A stretch of 64,000 nucleotides of DNA from an uncultured Anaerolineales bacterium (GTDB lineage: Bacteria; Chloroflexota; Anaerolineae; Anaerolineales; UBA11858): positions 23,566 through 87,565 of the forward strand of contig CAZVIH010000076.1 of assembly GCA_964627755.1 (NCBI GenBank), written 5' to 3'. A model generated the notes under the pieces. The model searched no databases, was not told the origin of the DNA, and saw nothing but the letters and a program-made list of their open reading frames with translations. Position numbers and translations under genes: made by a program. Each line of letters starts with the position of its first letter. The stretch's first letter is position 1. Below, one piece after another: positions 1 through 9,447 of this stretch.

Positions 1-538
1 GCTTGATCAAAACCACCGCCTGTCCTCCGTTTTTTGATAACCATCCTGCAGCCGGCACCAGGATTTTCTTCAAGGAGATAAAGGAAACGTCCGCGGTTAT
101 GAAATCAATCGTTTCGGGTAACTCTTCCAAATTCCTTGCATTGGTGCGCTCCAAAACCTCCACTTTGGGGTTGTTGCGGAGTTTCCATTCCAGGATCCCG
201 TAACCCACATCGATAGTGTACACCCTCTCAGCGCCGTGCTGCAGCAGGCAATCTGTAAAACCACCTGAAGAGGCTCCAATATCGGCGCACACCTTCCCTT
301 CCACATCAAGGGGAAACTGTTCAAATGCTGCCTGCAGCTTATCCCCACCCCTGGATACAAATCTCTGATCAGGGATAAGAGTGATCCCTTCAGGATCGCT
401 GACTCGTTGGGAAGATTGGAATACCAGCTGTCCAAGGTACTGGACCTTGCCTGCCATAACCAACCTGTTTGCTTCCTCAAGATCGTCTGCCAGACCAATG
501 CTGACCAGCGATTGATCAATTCTCTGTTTTTTTGCCAT
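1..538 (-). CDS. tlyA: TlyA-family rRNA 2'-O-ribose methyltransferase (S4 RNA-binding domain + FtsJ-like methyltransferase); the C-terminus runs off the window
   Basis: Absent from the ORF track because it has no in-window stop. Reverse complement from the ATG at 538-536 reads MAKKQRIDQSLVSIGLADDLEEANRLVMAGKV...VSRGGDKLQAAFEQFPLDVEGKVCADIGASSGGFTDCLLQHGAERVYTIDVGYGILEWKLRNNPKV, which includes the GASxGGFTD SAM-binding motif. The track ORF 97..576(-) is another frame with no family signature. Confidence 0.85.
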   Translation of the reverse strand, partial: MAKKQRIDQSLVSIGLADDLEEANRLVMAGKVQYLGQLVFQSSQRVSDPEGITLIPDQRFVSRGGDKLQAAFEQFPLDVEGKVCADIGASSGGFTDCLLQHGAERVYTIDVGYGILEWKLRNNPKVEVLERTNARNLEELPETIDFITADVSFISLKKILVPAAGWLSKNGGQAVVLIK

Positions 539-615
539 ATACCTATTTTAACATTACCTGCGCGAAGCTGAATCATTCCCTCCCCTTCCCAATTGATTCA
601 TGCTATGATTTCTTT

Positions 616-1482
616 ATGTTAATCGCCTTACTGAAAACCATGCGGCCTAAACAATGGGCTAAGAATGTTTTCGTATTTACAGCCCTGGTTTTTGATCGAA
701 AACTATTGAACCTTTCAGCCTTCCTGTCTACACTGGCAGGAGCGGCCATATTCAGTCTAATTGCCAGCGCGGTTTATATCTTCAATGATATCGCTGATAG
801 TGAATCTGACAAACAACATCCTACTAAGAAGAATCGTCCTATAGCATCGGGGAAGCTCTCCCTGGGAGCTGCCTGGGCAGCAGCAATTCTTCTTTTAATA
901 ATTGCGTTCCCTCTGGCATTTCTATTGGACCCTGGATTTCTGGCCATCTGCCTGGTTTATTTTGTCCTCAATTTGCTTTATTCCACAAAACTTAAGCACA
1001 TCCCATTGATTGATGTGCTCGTTCTGGCATCTTTTTATCTGCTGCGTGTCGTCTCCGGAACTGCCCTGATCGAGGTAAGGCGCTTTTCCCCCTGGTTATA
1101 TGTGGTCACTTCACTATTTGCCCTGTTTATTGGCCTGGGAAAACGACGGGCAGAGTTAGTATTGCAGAATGATAACGAGGGGAAAGTCCGTCCGGTTCTT
1201 GAAGGATATACGATTGAACTGCTCGACCAACTCATTATCATTGTCTCCGGGACAACAATCGTCTCATACAGCCTGTATACTTTCTCTGCACCCAATCTGC
1301 CTGAAAATCATTCCATGATGCTCACAATTCCTTTTGTTTTATATGGTATCTTTCGGTATCTCTACCTGCTCCAGGCCGGGAAAGGCGGCGCTCCTGAAGA
1401 TATCGCTCTGACCGATCGACCGCTGCAGGCGGCAATTTTGCTCTGGTCTGTGGTTGTCATGCTTGTTTTTTATTTCTTCTAA
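616..1482 (+). CDS. UbiA-family prenyltransferase, decaprenyl-phosphate phosphoribosyltransferase-like
   Basis: Polytopic membrane protein. It has the UbiA motif NDIADSESDKQHPTKKNRPIASG (NxxxDxxxD followed by the HPTK.NRPIA block typical of DPPR-synthase-like members). Start moved to the ATG at 616 (MLIALLKTMRPKQWAKN), since the upstream 28 codons overlap the tlyA start region. Confidence 0.75.
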   Translation: MLIALLKTMRPKQWAKNVFVFTALVFDRKLLNLSAFLSTLAGAAIFSLIASAVYIFNDIADSESDKQHPTKKNRPIASGKLSLGAAWAAAILLLIIAFPLAFLLDPGFLAICLVYFVLNLLYSTKLKHIPLIDVLVLASFYLLRVVSGTALIEVRRFSPWLYVVTSLFALFIGLGKRRAELVLQNDNEGKVRPVLEGYTIELLDQLIIIVSGTTIVSYSLYTFSAPNLPENHSMMLTIPFVLYGIFRYLYLLQAGKGGAPEDIALTDRPLQAAILLWSVVVMLVFYFF

Positions 1483-1485
1483 GAT

Positions 1486-2442
1486 ATGCCTGCATTTTCA
1501 GCTTCATCACCTGGAAAGATCATCCTCTTTGGCGAACACGCAGTTGTTTACGGGGAACCGGCAATTGCTATTCCGGTTTTTTCTACCCAGGCCAAAGCTA
1601 TTATCAACGCGCGCATCCAGGGTAGACCGGGGGAAATTTGGATAGAGGCGCCGGATATTTCTCTCTCTGCTCCAATAGACCAACTTGAATTGGACCACCC
1701 ATTGAGGACTGCCGTCCAGGTGGTTATCGGCGAAAATGACCTCGATCAAGTCCCCTCCTGTAATATTCTGATCACATCAGATATGCCTCCATCATCCGGG
1801 TTGGGTTCCAGCGCGGCCATATCAATATCCCTCATCCGGGCTTTTTCCGCCTTTTTGGGAAAACGCTTGAGTGAGGAACAGGTATCAGATTATGCTTATG
1901 AGGTAGAAAAGATCCATCACGGCACTCCATCAGGTATTGACAACACTGTTATCTCCCATCAGAAACCAGTCTATTATCGGAAGGGAAACCCATTCGAATT
2001 CCTCGAGATTGGGGAGGAGTTTTCGGTCCTGATCGTTTACTCCGGCATATCTGGCAATACCAAGGAAGCTGTGGAGGGAGTACGGGAAAGATGGCAAAAA
2101 GAACCTGATCTATATAACCAGATCTTTTCAAGAATTGGAGAGATTACACAGGCGGCCAGAGGGATCATTGAAACTGGAAGCCCGGATCAACTTGGAGCCT
2201 TGATGACCGAGAACCACCAGCTGCTGCAGAAAATTGGAGTCTCCTCACCTGATTTAGACCAGTTGGTTCTGGCAGCAATAGAGGCTGGCGCGCTGGGCGC
2301 CAAACTATCAGGGGGAGGCCTTGGGGGTCACATCATCGCCCTGGTTAAATCGGATGCAGATTATATTAGTGAGGAATTGCTTAAAAAGGGTGCGGTTTCT
2401 ACCTTGATCACACCAGTAAAAAACCGCGATTTAAACAAATAA
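1486..2442 (+). CDS. mvk: mevalonate kinase (GHMP kinase)
   Basis: N-terminal GKIILFGEHAVVYG and GHMP motif PPSSGLGSSAA. A C-terminal KLSGGGLGG block is present. It starts 4 nt after the upstream gene. Confidence 0.85.
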   Translation: MPAFSASSPGKIILFGEHAVVYGEPAIAIPVFSTQAKAIINARIQGRPGEIWIEAPDISLSAPIDQLELDHPLRTAVQVVIGENDLDQVPSCNILITSDMPPSSGLGSSAAISISLIRAFSAFLGKRLSEEQVSDYAYEVEKIHHGTPSGIDNTVISHQKPVYYRKGNPFEFLEIGEEFSVLIVYSGISGNTKEAVEGVRERWQKEPDLYNQIFSRIGEITQAARGIIETGSPDQLGALMTENHQLLQKIGVSSPDLDQLVLAAIEAGALGAKLSGGGLGGHIIALVKSDADYISEELLKKGAVSTLITPVKNRDLNK

Positions 2443-2549
2443 TCTGCCTTATTTGGCTAACTTTAGCGATGATCTTCTCCATTGATCAGGGGCAATAACC
2501 CTGTGGTATGATTATGGGCGAATTATTAGTTGAAGGAGATTGAGTCAGT

Positions 2550-3563
2550 ATGAACATATCAATGTGGCGTAAAGCATTGCAGATCATTCCCAAGATCACC
2601 AAGGAAGAGTGGGATGAATTGGATCTGATCTCACGCTGGCTGATTGCTACCAGGGCTGCTGTTCTGGTGACAACATTCCTTTCAGCTGCTTTTGCAGGCA
2701 TCTTTGCTATCAGAGTTGGGGCATTTGATTTCTGGCGCTGGGTTCTAGTCACCGTTGGTTTATACCTGGCGCATGGAACAAATAATTTCCTGAATGATTA
2801 CACTGATTTTGTAAGAGGGGTGGATGTTGATAATTACTACCGGGCCCAGTACGGCCCCCAACCTCTTTTGCATGGGTTAATGACTAAAAAAGAACTCCTG
2901 ATCTATGCCGCTGTGACTGGCACTATTGCTGCAGCCTGCGGAATCGCTCTGGGAATCATGCGGGGTGAAGGGACCTGGATCCTGATGGGGGTGGGAGTGC
3001 TTTTTGTGCTCTTTTATACCTACCCACTGAAATATATCGCCCTGGGTGAACTGACAGTGTTTCTCGTCTGGGGCCCACTGATGATTGCTGGCGGCTATTA
3101 CGTGATCACGGGTTTGCCCTGGGATTGGACGATCGCCCTGGCAAGTTTACCGCACGGCGTTGGGGTGACATCGATGTTATTTGGAAAACACATCGATAAA
3201 CTCAAACAGGACAAGGATCTCAAAATCCACACTTTGCCAGTTGTTCTGGGCGAAAAGCTCGCTCGCTGGTTTATGACTGCCCTGTTAATCCTGTCCTATG
3301 TGATTGTTATCTTCTTGATCTGGACCCGCTTTTTTACCCCGGTCATGCTCCTCTCCTTGCTGGCAATCCCAACCCTGGTTGAGATCTGGCCCATTCTCTC
3401 TAACCCAAAGCCAGACGAGAAACCGGAAGAGTTTCCGGATGTCTGGCCTAATTATTATGTCGCTGCTGCCTTTCATCATACCCGCCGCTTTGGGAGCCTT
3501 TTCCTGATTGCTGTCATCCTCGATACAATAGTAAAGCTGATCTGGCCTGGATTCTGGATCTAA
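2550..3563 (+). CDS. UbiA-family prenyltransferase, MenA-like (1,4-dihydroxy-2-naphthoate polyprenyltransferase-like)
   Basis: Multi-TM protein with the motif NNFLNDYTDFVRGVD, matching the ND[YF]xDxxxGxD form seen in MenA-type enzymes. Confidence 0.7.
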   Translation: MNISMWRKALQIIPKITKEEWDELDLISRWLIATRAAVLVTTFLSAAFAGIFAIRVGAFDFWRWVLVTVGLYLAHGTNNFLNDYTDFVRGVDVDNYYRAQYGPQPLLHGLMTKKELLIYAAVTGTIAAACGIALGIMRGEGTWILMGVGVLFVLFYTYPLKYIALGELTVFLVWGPLMIAGGYYVITGLPWDWTIALASLPHGVGVTSMLFGKHIDKLKQDKDLKIHTLPVVLGEKLARWFMTALLILSYVIVIFLIWTRFFTPVMLLSLLAIPTLVEIWPILSNPKPDEKPEEFPDVWPNYYVAAAFHHTRRFGSLFLIAVILDTIVKLIWPGFWI

Positions 3564-3667
3564 TCCAGGTCCATATCTGATCAGAACACACAAAATAACA
3601 GGGCCGGGAGTTCTCAGCCCTGTTTCTCTCTCTTGACCCTGAACTCAGGCCTGACTACAATAAATTC

Positions 3668-4492
3668 ATGGATGAATCCGGAAACACACCAACTGGGAAG
3701 AAGCTGACATTTCTAAAACTGGGTGGATCGCTGATCACCGATAAACTTACCCCTCGAACTGCCCGGATTGAGGTCATCCAGCGCATTGCAGCGGAAATCA
3801 AATCTGCCCTTGAGAAGGACCCCTCTCTGCAAATCCTTCTCGGACACGGTTCAGGTTCATTCGGGCATTATTCCGGTAAAAAATATAAAACCAGGGAAGG
3901 TGTTTCCAGCCAGGAGGATTGGCGGGGATTCGCAGAGGTCTGGTATGATGCAACCTCGTTAAATCAGCTGGTGATAACGGCCCTGAAGGACGCCGGTACC
4001 TCCCCCGTGGCATTTCCACCCTCAGCATCGGTACTCTCATCCAACGGGCAGATTACATCCTGGGATCTGCGACCTATCCGGTCCGCATTGGAAAAAGGCC
4101 TTTTACCGGTTGTATATGGTGACGTGGTTTTTGATTCCAAACTAAGTGGAACAATCCTGTCAACCGAAGATCTTTTTGTGCATCTGGCCAGAAAACTTGA
4201 ACCAGGCAGAATCTTGCTGGCCGGGCAAGACCCGGGCGTCTGGCGGGATTTTCCTGCGTGCACCCAGCTTTATGACAAGATCAGGCCCGCAGATCGAGAT
4301 ACACTTGGCCAGACAGTCAGCCAATCTCAAGCGCCAGATGTCACTGGCGGGATGGCAGATAAAGTTGAACAGATGTTATGTCTGATCGAGCATATCCCGG
4401 AATTAGAGTGCCTGATCTTCTCCGGTGAAGAACCTGAAAGCATTTCAAATACACTTTCAGGCCATGATATAGGTACTCTACTCACCTTGTAG
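3668..4492 (+). CDS. isopentenyl phosphate kinase (amino-acid-kinase fold)
   Basis: LTFLKLGGSLITDK, HGSGSFGH, LPVVYGDVVFD and DVTGGMADK blocks align with archaeal-type IPK. Confidence 0.8.
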   Translation: MDESGNTPTGKKLTFLKLGGSLITDKLTPRTARIEVIQRIAAEIKSALEKDPSLQILLGHGSGSFGHYSGKKYKTREGVSSQEDWRGFAEVWYDATSLNQLVITALKDAGTSPVAFPPSASVLSSNGQITSWDLRPIRSALEKGLLPVVYGDVVFDSKLSGTILSTEDLFVHLARKLEPGRILLAGQDPGVWRDFPACTQLYDKIRPADRDTLGQTVSQSQAPDVTGGMADKVEQMLCLIEHIPELECLIFSGEEPESISNTLSGHDIGTLLTL

Positions 4493-4578
4493 TAATTTTA
4501 TTAATTCCCCGTAAGTAAACAAATCCAAATATCCTATCAGTTATAATGAATAGACACATTCAGATAGAATGAGGATGC

Positions 4579-6300
4579 ATGGATATTTTAACTAAAAAAC
4601 AGAAAGAACTACTCAGCAGGGAGCGTGAACTGCTGAACAAGATCCAGATCACACTGGTGGAGTATGGTGTGGCTGAGAAAGATCAAAAAGCCTTGATGGA
4701 TTCCATCCAGCAGCTGGATGATTTCTTTTTACTGGTTGTAGTTGGCGAATTTAATGCTGGTAAAAGCGCATTTATCAATGCCCTGATGGGAGAGAGCCTC
4801 CTGGAAGAGGGAGTAACCCCCACAACAACAAAAGTGAATATCCTGCGGTATGGGAAAGAGAAAGGCAAAAAGACCCTCTCCGAAAACGTCGAGAGCCTGA
4901 TCCTGGATGCAGAATACTTAAAAGAGATCAGTATTGTTGATACTCCCGGGACCAACGCGATCGTTCGTGAACATGAGGAAATCACTTCCCTCTTTGTACC
5001 GCGATCTGATCTGATCCTGTTTGTCACATCAGCAGACCGCCCTTATACAGAAAGTGAACGGATCTTCCTGGAACAGATCCAATCCTGGGGGAAGAAGGTT
5101 GTTCTGATCATCAACAAGATCGACAACCTGCAAACCCCTGAGGCTTTGGATGAGATCCAGACTTATGTGGCAGAAAATGCCAAAAAGATCCTTAAGGTCG
5201 ATCCAGAAATATTCCCGGTCAGCGCTCGGCAGGCACTTAAGGCAAAAAGCGGTGAACCATCCCTGTGGGACGAAAGCCGGTTTGAGGCCCTGGAAAATTA
5301 CATCCTGAAAACTCTAGATCAGGAAAGCCGCTTGAAGCTCAAACTGATGAACCCTCTCGGCGTTGGCAAACGACTGGCCAATCAGTATGGGGAGTTTTTT
5401 GAAGACCGTTTGGAAATACTGAAAGATGACCTGGCTTTGATCAAAGATGTTGAAGAGCAATTAATTGTTTTCCAGAAAGAAATGCTGGAAAGTTTTAATT
5501 TGAGAATATCAGATATCATTAAAATCCTGCTGGAAATGGAACAAAGGGGAGAGGACTTTTTCTCTGAATATATCAGGCTGGCGCGGATCATTGACCTGAT
5601 GAAAAAAGAAAAGATCCAGCAAATTTACGAGGATCAGGTTATTGCGAACGTTCCCGAGATGGTAGAAGCCAAGGTAACAGCGATCATAGACTGGCTGGTC
5701 GATGCTAATTTAAGACAGTGGCAAGCGATCACAAACCATATTGCAGAAGGCCGACAAAAACACAAAGGCAGAATGGTTGGGGATATCGGCAATTTCATAT
5801 ATGACCGCGAACGTTTGATCACCAGTATTCGGGATGAAGCTACCCGGGTGATCGATGGCTACGACAAGACCCGGGAGGCTGATGAGATCGCCCGCCGCTC
5901 CCAGAATGCTGTTGCTGCCACCGCTGCAATCAGCGCAGGCGCACTAGGACTGGGAACACTGGTAACCATCCTGGCGACCACTATGGCAGCTGATGTCACC
6001 GGCATTCTACTGGCTGGCGTTATGGCAGCTCTGGGGCTATTTATCATCCCAACCCGGCGCAGAAATGCCAAAAAAGAAATGCGCCAAAAAGTTGAGTCCA
6101 TGCGGAACCAGCTTACAAAATCACTTACAGATCATTTCAGCCATGAGATCGACCGCAGTCTGCAGGAGATTAGAGATACGATCACACCCTATACCAGGTT
6201 TATCAGGTCCGAAAACGAGAAGAATCAACAGGCTCATCAGACCTTAAGAACCTATTTGACTGGGATTGTCCAGCTGATTGATGAGATCGAAAGCTTGTGA
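4579..6300 (+). CDS. bacterial dynamin-like GTPase with a C-terminal membrane hairpin
   Basis: G1 GEFNAGKSAFINAL, G3 DTPGTNA, G4 NKID. Long coiled-coil stalk. Hydrophobic AVAATAAISAGALGLGTLVTILATT...LLAGVMAALGLFIIP segment near the C-terminus. Confidence 0.8.
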   Translation: MDILTKKQKELLSRERELLNKIQITLVEYGVAEKDQKALMDSIQQLDDFFLLVVVGEFNAGKSAFINALMGESLLEEGVTPTTTKVNILRYGKEKGKKTLSENVESLILDAEYLKEISIVDTPGTNAIVREHEEITSLFVPRSDLILFVTSADRPYTESERIFLEQIQSWGKKVVLIINKIDNLQTPEALDEIQTYVAENAKKILKVDPEIFPVSARQALKAKSGEPSLWDESRFEALENYILKTLDQESRLKLKLMNPLGVGKRLANQYGEFFEDRLEILKDDLALIKDVEEQLIVFQKEMLESFNLRISDIIKILLEMEQRGEDFFSEYIRLARIIDLMKKEKIQQIYEDQVIANVPEMVEAKVTAIIDWLVDANLRQWQAITNHIAEGRQKHKGRMVGDIGNFIYDRERLITSIRDEATRVIDGYDKTREADEIARRSQNAVAATAAISAGALGLGTLVTILATTMAADVTGILLAGVMAALGLFIIPTRRRNAKKEMRQKVESMRNQLTKSLTDHFSHEIDRSLQEIRDTITPYTRFIRSENEKNQQAHQTLRTYLTGIVQLIDEIESL

Positions 6301-6374
6301 TAGGTGAAGTTGATAGTCAGATAAGCCTGAATTAGACTTGTTCTGTTGAATAACCTGGGGAAAGCGAGGAAAAT

Positions 6375-7526
6375 ATGTCGATTAAACGAGAAAAGCGTGA
6401 AAAGCTGGAAGATTATTGCCTGGCTCCCTATGGAATCCGAAGCAAAGACAGCAAAGGGCGGAAATATCCTGACGACGAACCAATTTATCGTACCGCCTTT
6501 CAACGTGATCGTGACAGGGTTTTGCATACCACAGCTTTCCGCCGCCTGGAATATAAAACCCAGGTTTTCCTCAATACTGAGGGAGACTATTACCGCACCA
6601 GATTAACCCACACACTGGAAGTGGCTCAGATTGGTCGAACGGTTGCCCTGGCTCTGGGGGCTAACGAAGATCTTGAAGAGGCGATCTGCCTGGCCCACGA
6701 TCTGGGACATTCCCCCTTCGGTCATTCTGGAGAGCGAATCCTGGATCAGCTCATGGAAGATCAGGGAGGGTTTGACCACAATAAACAATCCTTACGCATC
6801 GTAACCAAGCTGGAAAAACGGTTTGAGAATTTTCCCGGCCTCAATCTGACCTGGGAAACCCGGGAAGGTATTGTAAAACATGAGACCGAATATGACATCT
6901 CTGACGCCGAGGATTATGATCCCGAACTGCGAGGTCACCTCGAAGCCCAGATTGCCAATGCCGCGGATGAACTGGCTTACTCAGCTCACGATCTGGATGA
7001 TGGGCTCCGGTCAGGATTGATTTCAACATCTCAATTAAATGACCTGGAACTGTGGAAAATACTCATAAAGAGTGTGGGATGGAAAGGAAATCATCTTAAT
7101 GAACTGGACCGGAAACGAGTCATTCGCAGGATGATCGGCATTGAGGTCAGGGACCTGATTGAAACCACTGACAAAAAAATCGAGAAGAGCGGCATCACCT
7201 CAGTTGAAGATCTGCAAAAACTTTCCTATAATGTGATCTCTTTCAGCGATGAGGTGAAAAAGAACAACCGGGAATTGAAAGATTTCCTCTTTACGAATCT
7301 ATATAAGAATCACCGGGTAGTTCGTATGCAGGTCAAAGCGGAGGGGATCATCAGCGATCTGTTCACTGCCTATGAAAAGAATCCCCTGATGCTGCCGGAA
7401 CACATCCAGACCGGGATCGAGAAAAAAGGGCTTCAGCGATCAATCTGTGATTATATTGCAGGCATGACAGATCGGTATGCAGTTGAAGAACACCAAAAGT
7501 TATTTGACCCAACTCAAAGGCCCTAA
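6375..7526 (+). CDS. dGTPase-like triphosphohydrolase (HD domain, Dgt type 2)
   Basis: FQRDRDRVLHTTAFRRLEYKTQV, then the HD motif RLTHTLEVAQ...AHDLGHSPFGHSGE. C-terminal DYIAGMTDRYA. Confidence 0.85.
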   Translation: MSIKREKREKLEDYCLAPYGIRSKDSKGRKYPDDEPIYRTAFQRDRDRVLHTTAFRRLEYKTQVFLNTEGDYYRTRLTHTLEVAQIGRTVALALGANEDLEEAICLAHDLGHSPFGHSGERILDQLMEDQGGFDHNKQSLRIVTKLEKRFENFPGLNLTWETREGIVKHETEYDISDAEDYDPELRGHLEAQIANAADELAYSAHDLDDGLRSGLISTSQLNDLELWKILIKSVGWKGNHLNELDRKRVIRRMIGIEVRDLIETTDKKIEKSGITSVEDLQKLSYNVISFSDEVKKNNRELKDFLFTNLYKNHRVVRMQVKAEGIISDLFTAYEKNPLMLPEHIQTGIEKKGLQRSICDYIAGMTDRYAVEEHQKLFDPTQRP

Positions 7527-7549
7527 ACATCAGATTGAAGGAATGAAAA

Positions 7550-8023
7550 ATGCAGGATGGAGAAAAAATCTACTTAACAAAAGAAGGTAAAGAGAAGCTG
7601 CAGCGCGAGCTGGCAGATCTTGAAGGACCTCAGCGGCAAGATATCGCCGCCCGTTTAAAATCAGCTATTGAAATGGGTGACCTATCAGAAAATGCTGATT
7701 ATCACAAAGCTAAAGAAGATCAGGGTTTCCTGGAAGGGAAAATACTGGAGATCAAGTATACACTTGACTTAGCCATTATCGTGGAAGATAACATTAAAGG
7801 GCAGGATAAAGTCGGGGTAGGATGTAAGGTCACTGTCCAAGAAGAGGATCTTCCCCCTGAGACTTATTATCTGGTTGGCGGCAGGGAAGCGGATCCCGCA
7901 CAGAATAAGATCTCACATGTCTCACCTATTGGTAGCGCTCTGATGGATAAAGAAGTGGGTGAAATAGTTGAGATTAAAACCCCAGGGGGAAAATACTCGG
8001 TCAAGGTCCTTAATATTCAATAG
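7550..8023 (+). CDS. greA: transcription elongation factor GreA
   Basis: 157 aa. LTKEGKEKLQRELADLEG...RLKSAIEMGDLSENADYHKAKEDQ coiled-coil with the acidic tip, and a C-terminal ISHVSPIGSALMDKEVGE domain. Confidence 0.9.
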   Translation: MQDGEKIYLTKEGKEKLQRELADLEGPQRQDIAARLKSAIEMGDLSENADYHKAKEDQGFLEGKILEIKYTLDLAIIVEDNIKGQDKVGVGCKVTVQEEDLPPETYYLVGGREADPAQNKISHVSPIGSALMDKEVGEIVEIKTPGGKYSVKVLNIQ

Positions 8024-8172
8024 TTAAAATGATTTGATCAGGACGTTAAATAATAATCCCGGAGTTATTGTTGGACTGAACCCTAAAAACAGGACACAAA
8101 AATAAGACACCTCTCGTACAATCATGAAGTGCACCCAATAGACAAGACACAAAAAGAAAGCCCCTGAAGAGA

Positions 8173-9060
8173 TCACATAGACAGGCACCTGATTTGATAG
8201 GGTGTCTGTCTTGTTTTCAATTGTATCCTCTCGTAATTGTAAAAGTGGATATATTGATCAACAACCTCCTTAGTTTTCTTGAAAGATAGGATCTCAAAAC
8301 GCTGTAGTGCTTCTTCTTTGAGGTGACCAAAGAAGTTTTCCATAGGGGCATTGTCCCAACAATTTCCACGCCGAGACATTGAGGGAGTAATGTTATACTC
8401 CTTAGTAAGGACAAAATACTTTTTGGATGCGTATTGGAGTCCTTGGTCACTGTGGAGGATCAGTCCATCAGTGACCTTTTCTTTTTCTTTAGCTTTTTTC
8501 AGAGTATTAGTAACCAGGTCAATGGATAGCTGACGCCCTAACCGATAAGCGACGATGAAACCATCGAATAGATCCTTGATGGTGGAAAGGTACGCCCATC
8601 CTTCTTTGGTAGAGATGTACGTAATATCTGTGACCCACTTCTGATTGGGCTTGTCAGCCTTGAAGTCTCTGTTGAGGATGTTTTCATAGCGATGATGGAT
8701 ATCATATTGGTTCAGCTTCTTGAAGACCTTCCTTTTCCTGGCGACAGAGCGAATATTCATCTTATTCATCAGGCGTAAAACGGCCTTATGATTGATCCTG
8801 GTATTTGTGTTCTGCTGGATCCAGATAGTAACTCTGCGATAACCATATGTTCTGTGTGACTTCTCCCAGACTTCCTTGATCAGTTTCATTCGCATAGTGT
8901 CTTTATCACCCAGATCGATCCTTTTCCACCAGGCATAATATGCAGCTCGCGATATTTGTAAGAATTCACACATAGCCTTCACCTGGAATTCTTCCTGGTA
9001 GTGATGGATGGCCCGATATTGCGCTTCGCGAGCATATGTTGATGCATATCGGTATGGTAT
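8173..9060 (-). CDS. IS3 transposase OrfB (DDE integrase core), probably expressed as an OrfAB fusion by -1 frameshifting
   Basis: The OrfB frame is open from the slippery site (9060) through the track ORF 8173..8982. After a -1 slip it reads IPYRYASTYAREAQYRAIHHYQEEFQVKAMCEFLQISRAAYYAWW. DDE blocks are WVTDITYI, LHSDQGLQY and NAPMENFFGHLKEE. Confidence 0.85.
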   Translation of the reverse strand: MPYRYASTYAREAQYRAIHHYQEEFQVKAMCEFLQISRAAYYAWWKRIDLGDKDTMRMKLIKEVWEKSHRTYGYRRVTIWIQQNTNTRINHKAVLRLMNKMNIRSVARKRKVFKKLNQYDIHHRYENILNRDFKADKPNQKWVTDITYISTKEGWAYLSTIKDLFDGFIVAYRLGRQLSIDLVTNTLKKAKEKEKVTDGLILHSDQGLQYASKKYFVLTKEYNITPSMSRRGNCWDNAPMENFFGHLKEEALQRFEILSFKKTKEVVDQYIHFYNYERIQLKTRQTPYQIRCLSM

Positions 9061-9326
9061 TTTTTTAGTAAGGCGTTCTCCATGCGCAATCTTTCAATTT
9101 CAGTTTGTGCATTTTCCGGGGATTTGCGAGGGCGCCCTTTTGGCTTGTTGAAAGCTGCGATGCCTTCTCGTCGATATTGTCGAACCCAAACCTTCACCCT
9201 GTCCTTGCTTTTTAACCCAAATTCTTCTTTGATTTGATTGTATGTTTTTCCCTCCTCTAGGAACATCTCTATTGCTCTTAATTTCAATTCTTTTGGATAA
9301 TGTTTCATTCCTTTGATGCCTGCCAT
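8979..9326 (-). CDS. IS3 transposase OrfA (HTH / leucine-zipper part)
   Basis: MAGIKGMKHYPKELKLRAIEMFLEEGKTYNQIKEEFGL...RPRKSPENAQTEIERLRMENALLKK. The slippery run A AAA AAA lies at 9060-9066 (minus strand). Confidence 0.85.
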   Translation of the reverse strand: MAGIKGMKHYPKELKLRAIEMFLEEGKTYNQIKEEFGLKSKDRVKVWVRQYRREGIAAFNKPKGRPRKSPENAQTEIERLRMENALLKKYHTDMHQHMLAKRNIGPSITTRKNSR

Positions 9327-9447
9327 AAAAAAACACCTCCTGTTTTTGATTTTCTCACAGGGGGTGTTTCTTTTCGTGTCTATTTTTTGGGGTTCAGTTC
9401 AAATTGGCCAGGAGCTTTTATTTTATGGAATATTCACTGCCTTTTGA

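Larger units (their letters stand above)
8071..9402 (-). mobile_element. IS3-family insertion sequence (about 1.33 kb), apparently intact, flanked by the 4-bp direct repeat ATTG
   Basis: Imperfect terminal inverted repeats: TTGGACTGAACCCTAAAAACAGGACAC at 8071 onward, and the reverse complement of 9377..9402, TTGAACTGAACCCCAAAAAATAGACAC. ATTG occurs at 8067-8070 and again at 9403-9406. Two overlapping transposase ORFs lie inside. Confidence 0.85.

Noticed and set aside
97-576. Track ORF 97..576(-), 159 aa, as the gene at the left edge
   Set aside because: Its translation has no family signature. A different frame on the same strand, starting at 538, gives an uninterrupted TlyA-like protein that runs off the window. 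The track omits that ORF only because it has no in-window stop.
4579-7526. Dynamin-like GTPase next to a dGTPase-like HD protein as a possible anti-phage defence pair
   Set aside because: Both families have been linked to phage resistance. Here, however, they sit among housekeeping genes (IPK, greA, mutS), are separated by a 74-bp gap with separate RBSs, and the Dgt-like protein looks like the common type-2 housekeeping form. No other defence hallmarks are nearby apart from the unrelated IS.
8114-8123. The 10-mer TCGTACAATC also occurs inside the IS3 left end (third copy in the window besides 48763 and 48896)
   Set aside because: No flanking similarity extends beyond the 10-mer, so there is no evidence that the liv upstream spacer contains an IS remnant. 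Chance, or an unrelated short motif, cannot be excluded.
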